Below, piece after piece: positions 16,365 to 23,834 of a stretch of 26,389 nt of DNA. Source of the stretch: Candidatus Heimdallarchaeota archaeon B3_Heim. GTDB taxonomy: Archaea > Asgardarchaeota > Heimdallarchaeia > Hodarchaeales > Hodarchaeaceae. The notes under the pieces are model-generated. The model ran no database searches. It saw only the letters and a program-made list of their open reading frames with translations, and had not been told where the DNA came from. Within the stretch, counting starts at the first letter, position 1; every line of letters begins with the position of its first letter. Made by a program: the position numbers and the translations under genes. The stretch is from contig NJBF01000045.1 in assembly GCA_003144275.1 (NCBI GenBank), positions 1 through 26,389 of the forward strand, given 5' to 3'.

Positions 16365-16832
16365 ATGACATTTAGAATCTCTGAGGATGAAAAAAAGGAT
16401 AATGACACCTTAGAAAAAATCCTCGCTTCATTAAATACTACAGCTCAAGTGAAACCTGAAATCAAAGATTACGTGGACACATTATCAAACCGTATGCTTG
16501 ACTTAACTCGTGATTATTATGCAGCGATTCTATATCTCTTTACATCTCCACTATCATTGCATCAACGGTTGATTCTTATGCAATTGGTTACACTCTACCC
16601 AAAAGGAAGTTCAGGAATAGAATTAGCAAGAAGTTTAGGAATATCAGAGAAAAGTAAATCAATATATAGAGATTTAAAGTATTTACGAACTCAACATTTA
16701 ATTTCCACAGAAGACATTCATCCACGATTCAAATTAGTTTATGCTAATTCTGAAAATCGCTTTATGAATCGACTAATCGAACTAGTTCAGATACATGGAC
16801 GTGAATTGAAAAATATTATTCAAGAAACATAA
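16365..16832 (+). CDS. Winged-helix DNA-binding protein (C-terminal wHTH, ArsR/MarR-like)
   Basis: QRLILMQLVTLYPKGSSGIELARSLGISEKSKSIYRDLKYLRTQHLI followed by a wing (FKLVYAN). ATG at 16365; alternative GTG at 16356. Confidence 0.75.
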   Translation: MTFRISEDEKKDNDTLEKILASLNTTAQVKPEIKDYVDTLSNRMLDLTRDYYAAILYLFTSPLSLHQRLILMQLVTLYPKGSSGIELARSLGISEKSKSIYRDLKYLRTQHLISTEDIHPRFKLVYANSENRFMNRLIELVQIHGRELKNIIQET

Positions 16833-16852
16833 ATTCTCAAAGTGAAACAGCT

Positions 16853-17491
16853 ATGTTACGAGGTCCAATTACTACTATACGACTTTTTCAGATATCATAT
16901 GTCATCTTGGTCTCAGTATGTATTACTGGGTCAATACTGTTCCTATCAAATAGTATTATGACCTCACCATCAACAGATATTGAGCCAGGACCACCATTAT
17001 TTGAAAATACATCTTTTGACACAGCTGTAGCGCGCATAAGTGATCCTTTATCGTTTTTCCCTAATATGTTATGGGCTTTTATTCCATTAACTATAGCAAT
17101 TTTCATAATAGCCTTCTACCTCCCTACAAGGTCAAGCCTCGGCCTATCAAAAGCGAAAATCCAAAAAAAATCACAATTAAACCGTTTTAATATTCCTGTA
17201 CGAGGATATACAATCAATCTTGACACGGGTTATATTAGAGTCACACGAAAGCTATCGTCATTGAGTGGTTTATTGCTTCGAGAGATGAATTTTACAGTTA
17301 ATCTTCCTTTGGACTACTATGATAAGAAACGTATATTTGATTTCCTTGTTGGTGAGAGAGTTAATTATACAAAAACTCATGTTCTTCTACAAAAAACCGT
17401 GAAAATTCGGAATATTCCGCTTCTTATTGTTAGGACGAAAGCAATAGTTGCAACTGTTGATACTACAATTGATCCTCCCTCTCCAAAGTAA
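16853..17491 (+). CDS. Hypothetical membrane protein (2 TM + basic C-terminal domain)
   Basis: Hydrophobic segments ISYVILVSVCITGSILFLS and MLWAFIPLTIAIFIIAFYL. Starts 20 nt after the wHTH gene. Confidence 0.75.
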   Translation: MLRGPITTIRLFQISYVILVSVCITGSILFLSNSIMTSPSTDIEPGPPLFENTSFDTAVARISDPLSFFPNMLWAFIPLTIAIFIIAFYLPTRSSLGLSKAKIQKKSQLNRFNIPVRGYTINLDTGYIRVTRKLSSLSGLLLREMNFTVNLPLDYYDKKRIFDFLVGERVNYTKTHVLLQKTVKIRNIPLLIVRTKAIVATVDTTIDPPSPK

Positions 17492-17577
17492 TTAATGTTA
17501 ATAGAATTGGATGGGAAACTTTTAACTCTTCCTGCAAGAGACACTCCATATAGTGTAAAAAGGCAGCAGATGATTAA

Positions 17578-18318
17578 TTGACACGACTTGTAGCATATTC
17601 AGTGACTTCTGACGGCCATTGGGATCCAGTGGCGTTCTCTCTTAAAGATCTTAAACCTAAAGTAGTTTTCATCCTTGTTGATGACGAAAAAAGGAAAATT
17701 TGGATCTGGATAGGAAGAGATGCCACAATCAAAACTCGCTTTATTTCATCAACTGCTGCGACTGAGATTCGTAGATTGTATGGGTTAACTTTTCGTGTAC
17801 AAACGATTGATCAAGGCGAAGAATCTCGTGAATTTTCAGAATGTATAGAATCGATCCCAAAAAAAGGTCTGGTACCAGAATTAGCCGAAGGACAAAAGGA
17901 GAAAAAAGCAACTAAAACCACTCGCTCCTCTTCCGCTGCAAAAAAAGTTACTCCAAGAATTAAAGTGGGTAAATCGACAGTAAAAAAGGCCAGTGCCACA
18001 AAAACTACCCGTAAAACTCCTGTGCGAAAAACTACACCAAGAAAAACAGCGACCAAAACCACTCGTAAACCCACTACAACAAAAACCAAAAAAACTACAC
18101 CTAAATCTAAATCGCGTAGTTCAAAAGAGGTTCTGTCTTTAAACAGTTATTTACCACAAGATACAAGCATTATCACCACCCCACCTTGTCCTGAATGTGG
18201 CGTTGGAAATTTGCTGCCTTATTCTGAAAATACTATCCAGGAAGGAAGAGAAAATTTGATACTACCCTTTGCTAAGTGGGTTTGTTCAAAATGTGAGTAC
18301 TCACCTACTCACAAATAA
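17578..18318 (+). CDS. Gelsolin-domain protein with Lys/Thr-rich linker and C-terminal Zn ribbon
   Basis: VFILVDDEKRKIWIWIGRDA...RF.S...A...R......IDQGEESREF is the gelsolin repeat signature. CPEC...CSKC forms a Zn ribbon. TTG start, with an in-frame TAA immediately upstream. Confidence 0.82.
   Translation: MTRLVAYSVTSDGHWDPVAFSLKDLKPKVVFILVDDEKRKIWIWIGRDATIKTRFISSTAATEIRRLYGLTFRVQTIDQGEESREFSECIESIPKKGLVPELAEGQKEKKATKTTRSSSAAKKVTPRIKVGKSTVKKASATKTTRKTPVRKTTPRKTATKTTRKPTTTKTKKTTPKSKSRSSKEVLSLNSYLPQDTSIITTPPCPECGVGNLLPYSENTIQEGRENLILPFAKWVCSKCEYSPTHK
17900..18125 (+). repeat. Low-complexity K/T/R/P repeat region inside the gelsolin gene
   Basis: Repeated KTTR/KTTP/KTP units. At DNA level, AAAACCACTCG occurs twice along with similar AAAACTAC units. 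Confidence 0.8.
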
Positions 18319-18324
18319 ATTTAC

Positions 18325-18999
18325 TTATTCTTTTGACTCTTCGGCCGTTAGAATATCGTCTAACTGTTTCCGCTTATCCTCAGGCATTTCATCGCGGATT
18401 TTTTGTTGTTGTTCAATAAGGTTTTGCATGAAAAGCGTATAGGTGAACGGGAGGAGTGTTTGAGTTTCCACTCGGGCCTCAAAATCCTTTCGGGCGTTAT
18501 CACGATCATGAATGAGTTGATCTTTTGTCATTGTCCCATTTCCCAATCCAGGAACAGATTTATCCTTAATGTAGTACTGGGTTCCGTTATATCCAAGTGG
18601 AAAAGCAAGACACTCTAAAGGCATAGAGTGATAGATGTTGCAAAGCTTATTTTCTTGGTCAAGCAAAGGACAACCGCTATTCTCTTTTGCAGCAATGACT
18701 ATAGAAACAACATCTCGGATTTCTCCTTGGAGTTGAGTTGGGAAGGTCTGCATTTTTAGATGAGGAAAAACTGAATTGATAATCCCTGACTGAGTCCAAT
18801 TCCGAATATCAGCAAAAGACACGGAGACAAATTCTCGTTTTTCACAACATTGGCCACATTTGGTACAATTGAAAACGTATTTCTTTTTTGGTGGCTTTTC
18901 CTCTGCTTGAGTCGAAGGTTTTTCCTCTTCATCAACCTTTACTGTTTCTTCCTCTTTCTTTTCGTCCCCATGATCTAAATTTGAATTTTCGTCCGACAT
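18325..18999 (-). CDS. YkgJ-family cysteine-cluster (CxxCxxCC) protein
   Basis: FNCTKCGQCC and CPLLDQENKLCNIYHSMPLECLAFP; acidic disordered N-terminus. Confidence 0.88.
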   Translation of the reverse strand: MSDENSNLDHGDEKKEEETVKVDEEEKPSTQAEEKPPKKKYVFNCTKCGQCCEKREFVSVSFADIRNWTQSGIINSVFPHLKMQTFPTQLQGEIRDVVSIVIAAKENSGCPLLDQENKLCNIYHSMPLECLAFPLGYNGTQYYIKDKSVPGLGNGTMTKDQLIHDRDNARKDFEARVETQTLLPFTYTLFMQNLIEQQQKIRDEMPEDKRKQLDDILTAEESKE

Positions 19000-19061
19000 T
19001 TACCTGAAACCTCTCTCAAACTTGGCTATACTTACACATTCTTTCATGCGATGATCGATAT

Positions 19062-19847
19062 TTATTTACTTTGTTTAGCAATCAACGCAGCTGTTGCTCC
19101 AGCATTGATCCCATTATCAATATTAACGACAACTAGTCCAGGAGAACAGCTTTGAAGCATAGACATTAATGCAGCAACTCCTTTTCCGCCATAACCATAA
19201 CCAGTAGATGCTGGTACTCCAATTACGGGGGTTCTCACTAAACCAGATACAATTGATGGAAGAGCGCCCTCCATTCCAGCAACTACAATGATAACTCTTA
19301 CATTTTGTTTTACAAGCTCTTTCAAGGGAGCGAATAACCTATGAACTCCTGAAATTCCAACATCATGAAATGAAATGACTTCTACACCCATTATACGAGC
19401 AATAGCTTCCGCTTCTTCCGCAATTGGTATATCTGAAGATCCTGCTGTAAGTATACCTATTCGTTGAGATGGAATAGGCGGGGAATAATCTTTCTTCTTG
19501 ATGGTCACCGTGTAGGGTTCTGAATCTGATGAAACTTTTAAGTTATAAGACGTGCCGAATTCCTTTTTTAGAAGAGATAAGTGTCGTTGTAACACCCGTG
19601 AAAGTAAACACACCTGATGAGATTCCATTAAAGAAGAAACAATTTCAACAACGAGTTTGGGGCTCTTATTTTCCGTAAAAATTATTTCTGGTATCCCTCG
19701 TCTTATTTGACGACTCGTATCCATCTTTGCCCCCTCTCCAACGAATTCAAGACCGAATAGATTTATAGATGTGATAGCTTCCTCAATTTCAATTTTTCCA
19801 TCCTTTAATTTTTGTAAAATCTCCTCTAAATCATGCATTGGCATCAT
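19062..19847 (-). CDS. larB: Nickel-pincer cofactor biosynthesis carboxylase/hydrolase LarB
   Basis: R.IRRGIPEIIF.ENK, ILTAGSSDIPIAEEA, DVGISGVHRL, VAGMEGALPSIVSGL, PVIGVPASTGYG, MLQSCSPGLVVVNIDNG. The start may be one of the nearby downstream ATGs. Confidence 0.95.
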   Translation of the reverse strand: MMPMHDLEEILQKLKDGKIEIEEAITSINLFGLEFVGEGAKMDTSRQIRRGIPEIIFTENKSPKLVVEIVSSLMESHQVCLLSRVLQRHLSLLKKEFGTSYNLKVSSDSEPYTVTIKKKDYSPPIPSQRIGILTAGSSDIPIAEEAEAIARIMGVEVISFHDVGISGVHRLFAPLKELVKQNVRVIIVVAGMEGALPSIVSGLVRTPVIGVPASTGYGYGGKGVAALMSMLQSCSPGLVVVNIDNGINAGATAALIAKQSK

Positions 19848-21084
19848 TCTCTCTTTTAATATTAGAATTAATGTTTTTTCGAGTTTTTCTCAGTGATTGC
19901 TTCTTTTTAAGGGCAATTCTTTTTATATCCTCATATTCTACTTTTTCTGTAATCATCTCGTCCCCGATAAAACCACGTTTCACTTTTACACTATCATCTC
20001 CCTCTCCAATTTTGATTTTATGCATAGTAGAATTACGTGGAATAATATGCCTAAAGCTGGATAATACTCGCACTCCTAATGTTCCTAATTCACGCATAAG
20101 CAATAAGGAAACTTCGTGAACTTTTTCTGGTTTAACAATGGCTTGAAGAAGATACCCTGGTCTGTTCTTCTTCATCAGTGTATTTATCGCAATAAAATCC
20201 AAAACTAAATTTTCACGGAAGAGGATATCAAATAGGTAACCAATGGTTTCTCCATCTACATCGTCAACATTTGTCTCTAGAATCATAATTTCCTCAGAAT
20301 GCAAATGATTTTTAGTTATTCCAAGAATGATTTGTAGAAATGACTGTTTGCCTTCTTTTGGAGAATGAGTACCAAAACTTCTTCCAATCTTCTCGATTTT
20401 CATACTCGGTAAATACTGAATTGCGTTTGCTTGTAAAGAGGCTAAAATTGCGGCTCCCGTAGGTGTTAATAGTTCCTCATTCACAGGTCCCCCTTGAATT
20501 TTTAAGTTACCCATTTGAATGATTTCTGTTGTAGCAGGTGTCGGAACAGAGACCAAACCATGAGCAATCGTCCGAGTTCCTCCTCCTACAGCAATAGGTA
20601 AAAGTTGAATATGTAACTCTTCTTTTCGAATTAACTCCAAGAGATAGTAGAATCCCAGTATATCTAGAATCGTGTCGATGGTTGCTAGTTCATGGAAATG
20701 GAAGTTTCCGTTATCACTCGTAGCACCATGAATTTTTTTTTCTGCCCCAATTAAATAGTTTAATGCATTATGTGCTTTCTTTCTTGATATCTCCATCTGT
20801 AGAAACGAATGACTTAGATTTTTCAAAATCTCTACTAACTCGTGAGGTTGAAAGCGTTTCTTTGCGTTTGTGACCAGTTGTAGCCCAAAAAATCCTTCAA
20901 TTTTAACTTTCTTCCAATTTAACAGAAATTGAGGATCATAATCAACTAATTTTGATTGAAATTTGCTACAAAAGTCATTACGTTGGTCTTCGGAGCATAA
21001 ATCTAATAACGCAGCGATGAGCATATCTCCTGCCGCGCCTGAAATACTGGAATTAATAATTAGCAATGCCATCTTCAATTTCAT
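19831..21084 (-). CDS. larC: Nickel-pincer cofactor nickel insertase LarC
   Basis: SGAAGDMLIAALLDL, HFHE..TIDTILDI, AHG.VSVPTPAT, ELLTPTGAAIL, LETNVDDVDGE, MKKNRPG, LGTLGVR, EYED. Confidence 0.93.
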   Translation of the reverse strand: MKLKMALLIINSSISGAAGDMLIAALLDLCSEDQRNDFCSKFQSKLVDYDPQFLLNWKKVKIEGFFGLQLVTNAKKRFQPHELVEILKNLSHSFLQMEISRKKAHNALNYLIGAEKKIHGATSDNGNFHFHELATIDTILDILGFYYLLELIRKEELHIQLLPIAVGGGTRTIAHGLVSVPTPATTEIIQMGNLKIQGGPVNEELLTPTGAAILASLQANAIQYLPSMKIEKIGRSFGTHSPKEGKQSFLQIILGITKNHLHSEEIMILETNVDDVDGETIGYLFDILFRENLVLDFIAINTLMKKNRPGYLLQAIVKPEKVHEVSLLLMRELGTLGVRVLSSFRHIIPRNSTMHKIKIGEGDDSVKVKRGFIGDEMITEKVEYEDIKRIALKKKQSLRKTRKNINSNIKRENDANA

Positions 21085-21345
21085 AAAAAACTAGAGTGTA
21101 TTCAAAATTTTTTACTAGAAAAATAATTGAGTTTATCGATTGGAGGAGAAGAAATTAAGTAAATTTTTCATTTCGTACTAAAATTATTTTAGTGTCCCGA
21201 TTACCATCATTGATTGTATTGCTTTCGTTCTAACGAATGAAGAAAAGACAGAAAAAACTAACCCATTAACTGTATTTAAACTACGGAAAAAGAAAATATT
21301 AAAGATCCTTCAATTTTTGATTATAATCGAATTTAGGTAATTTTC

Positions 21346-22077
21346 TTGATAGGCGTCAACATTACAACAAAGAATGGACTATTGCTTTTTTCCCATTCAT
21401 TTATGCCTGGTTTTTCTGATGTTGACGAAGATTTACGAGCGGGCTTAATGAGTGCGGTTCTCAATGCAGTTAAAGAAACCGATGATTCAGGTATAAAGAC
21501 AATTGATCAAGGAAAATACATTGTTCACATAATCGAGGGAAAATACACATATGGAATATTCTTCTCTCATGAGCACGATTTAAAGGAAATGAATTTTGCA
21601 AATACAACCTTACGGCGTTTTGAAGCTACTTTTAAGAAGGAATTAACAGAAGAAATTTCTTTTGATAACCATCAGTTCGTTGATTTCAATGATTTTCTGA
21701 AGAATGAGTACAATTCCTTGATCTCGATTGACGTTGTTGGATTGAGTAAAATCATCGATATTATGGATAACTCATTTTTTTCTGATTATATCTTGCTAGA
21801 AAAACCAAATTTTCATCAGGTTTTCACCACAATCTCACTCCCTGACGTTCATCCTCACGCTAATGCTCTTGCCCAGATGTGTAAAGCAATAATTGAGTCA
21901 AGTATATTGATTGGTCAAGAGATTGAACAACTTCAATTTTCATTAGGTAGGGAATACATAGTATTTGTCGATCGGTTTAGAAAGTATGTAGTTATCATCA
22001 TCATCATAAAGAAAAATCGAGAAAAAGCACATAAGGAGATTATGCGCTTAAAAAGTAAAATTGTTAGCTCACTCTGA
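21346..22077 (+). CDS. Longin-domain protein with a second roadblock/longin-like domain, putative
   Basis: ITTKNGLLLFSHSF...DEDLRAGLMSAVLNAVKE...IKTI...LRRFEATF...QFVDFNDF matches the longin pattern. The C-terminal half has a helix-strands-helix-strands-helix order. TTG start. Confidence 0.68.
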   Translation: MIGVNITTKNGLLLFSHSFMPGFSDVDEDLRAGLMSAVLNAVKETDDSGIKTIDQGKYIVHIIEGKYTYGIFFSHEHDLKEMNFANTTLRRFEATFKKELTEEISFDNHQFVDFNDFLKNEYNSLISIDVVGLSKIIDIMDNSFFSDYILLEKPNFHQVFTTISLPDVHPHANALAQMCKAIIESSILIGQEIEQLQFSLGREYIVFVDRFRKYVVIIIIIKKNREKAHKEIMRLKSKIVSSL

Positions 22078-22087
22078 GATAATTACC

Positions 22088-22777
22088 CTATTTTTGAAAT
22101 TCTAAATCCTCAATCCAGTTCACATTTTCCCCTCCATTGGTCCAATATTTCCAGCGTAAATAGATTAGGCATCCAATAATTATAATTATAAATACCACAG
22201 CACAAATAGAAATGAAGGGAGCTGTATTATTTGGGTTTATATCAGCATCAAATGGATAAAGTACTAACGTAGGTAAATCAAAGGGATTTAGAAAGTCAAA
22301 AAACCAATCAACTAAAGTAATAATAGCTGCAAGACTAAAGTTCTTCGTATCAACCTTTATGAATAACAAAAGTATAAATGCTTCACATAATTCGAATGTG
22401 TGGGCTGCTAAAGAAACAATATCAAAAAATGTTGGTTGGACAGTGAACACAACAATGTAGCCAAAAAATACCCTTATTAGACCGATAAAAGTGATCACAT
22501 TAAGTACTTGAATATTTTTTTTCAGTCCCAAAGTAACCGTCAAAAAAACACCAAACAATATGGCAAATGTATTGGAGTCTGGAATGAAGATCCAGAATAT
22601 GGGATGGTAATAAGCATACTGCCAATAATAAAGAATAACTCCATATGCTGGTATTATTGTGTTGATAGCAATCCAGAGAACTAAAAGCCACTTTGGAAGA
22701 TTTAATAACGAATCTCTCACAGATTGGATGTTTATTGCCCTCAATTTTTTTTCGAAGTCCAACCACTTACCATCCAA
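22088..22777 (-). CDS. DUF1405-family integral membrane protein
   Basis: YGVILYYWQ...HPIFWIFIPDSN signature and multiple TM helices. Confidence 0.75.
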   Translation of the reverse strand: MDGKWLDFEKKLRAINIQSVRDSLLNLPKWLLVLWIAINTIIPAYGVILYYWQYAYYHPIFWIFIPDSNTFAILFGVFLTVTLGLKKNIQVLNVITFIGLIRVFFGYIVVFTVQPTFFDIVSLAAHTFELCEAFILLLFIKVDTKNFSLAAIITLVDWFFDFLNPFDLPTLVLYPFDADINPNNTAPFISICAVVFIIIIIGCLIYLRWKYWTNGGENVNWIEDLEFQK

Positions 22778-22897
22778 ATCAATCCTTAAGTTATGTTATA
22801 CTTGTATATAACAGAAAATTTGATTCAACCCTCTCGTTAAAGAGCTTTTTCTAAGAAATAAATCGTTAAATATAGGAGATTTTTCCATTTAAAATCA

Positions 22898-23749
22898 ATG
22901 CCTGAATTACCAGAACTTGAAGCAATCAGTAAATATTTGACCAAAAAATTATCTGGTGAAATTATCGCTAGAGTTGAAACATTTATCCACACTGTCATAA
23001 GATTCCCTGACAGTCATACCATTCAAACTCTGCTAGTAGGAGCTAGGCTTGAGAAAGTAAGCAGAAAAGGCAAATTAATTGTGTTTCAATTTAGGTCGAT
23101 TGATACATATCTCCGTCTCTGTATTGATCATGGACTCACAGGCCGTTTTGCTTGGGAAAAGGTGAAAGCACCTGCTAAAACTGTCTTGAGGCTCAAGTTC
23201 CAGTCAGGATCTTCCTTAATATATCATGATAGACGTTTACATGGAGCTATATGGTTGTTCCATGGGACGAACAAAGAAAACACCCTCTTTCCATCTAAAG
23301 TCAAGAACTATGGCCCTGATATTCTGACTATTTCATTGGACGAATTCAAAGCTAGGATTAGCCGATATCGTGGGGAAATCAAAGGAGTTCTGACCAAACA
23401 GGAGTTTGTTACAGGAATAGGAAATGCTTACGCTGACGAAGTTTTATTCAATGCACAAATCCATCCTTTTACGAAACGAACAGATCTTAGTTCCAGTGAG
23501 ATAGAAAGATTGTATAATTCGTGTACTTCAATCTTAAGACATGGAGTATCTGAAATTACTAATTGGTTATTTACCACAAATAAAATAGATAATCAGCGAT
23601 TTTGGAGGAAAGAATTGTTTAAAATTCATCTGAGAGGGGAGCAACCCTGCTATAACTGTGGAAAATCCGTTTCCTCGATTAAAGCAAATCGACGGATAAC
23701 GAATTTCTGTCGCACTTGTCAAACCTCTCGCAACAAGAATTTTATTTAA
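22898..23749 (+). CDS. mutM: Fpg/Nei family DNA glycosylase/AP lyase
   Basis: N-terminal MPELPE, RKGK, GPD, H2TH motif LTKQ..VTGIGNAYADEVLF.AQIHP, Zn finger CYNC...R.TNFCRTCQ. Confidence 0.93.
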   Translation: MPELPELEAISKYLTKKLSGEIIARVETFIHTVIRFPDSHTIQTLLVGARLEKVSRKGKLIVFQFRSIDTYLRLCIDHGLTGRFAWEKVKAPAKTVLRLKFQSGSSLIYHDRRLHGAIWLFHGTNKENTLFPSKVKNYGPDILTISLDEFKARISRYRGEIKGVLTKQEFVTGIGNAYADEVLFNAQIHPFTKRTDLSSSEIERLYNSCTSILRHGVSEITNWLFTTNKIDNQRFWRKELFKIHLRGEQPCYNCGKSVSSIKANRRITNFCRTCQTSRNKNFI

Positions 23750-23783
23750 TAGGAAGTAATTTTATAGAGTGTTACGTAAATCT

Positions 23784-23816
23784 ATTCTTCCTCCCCTATG
23801 AAAGGATAGGAAGAAT
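23784..23816. other. Strong inverted repeat (hairpin) between mutM and the ACD alpha gene
   Basis: ATTCTTCCT (23784-23792) is the reverse complement of AGGAAGAAT (23808-23816); 15-nt spacer. Confidence 0.6.
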
Positions 23817-23834
23817 TTATAGATAATAATCTGG

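Noticed and set aside
17526-17556. Two adjacent 5-bp hairpins upstream of the gelsolin gene
   Set aside because: The stems are too short to distinguish from chance without comparative data.
17811-18089. 92-aa hydrophobic minus-strand ORF
   Set aside because: Antisense shadow of the K/T-rich linker codons of the gelsolin gene.
19831-21084. Programmed frameshift splitting larC into larC1/larC2, as in Lactobacillus
   Set aside because: The ORF is continuous across both LarC parts.
22794-22813. Inverted repeat TGTTATA-N6-TATAACA between DUF1405 and mutM
   Set aside because: Very AT-rich and explainable as back-to-back TATA-like elements of divergent promoters.
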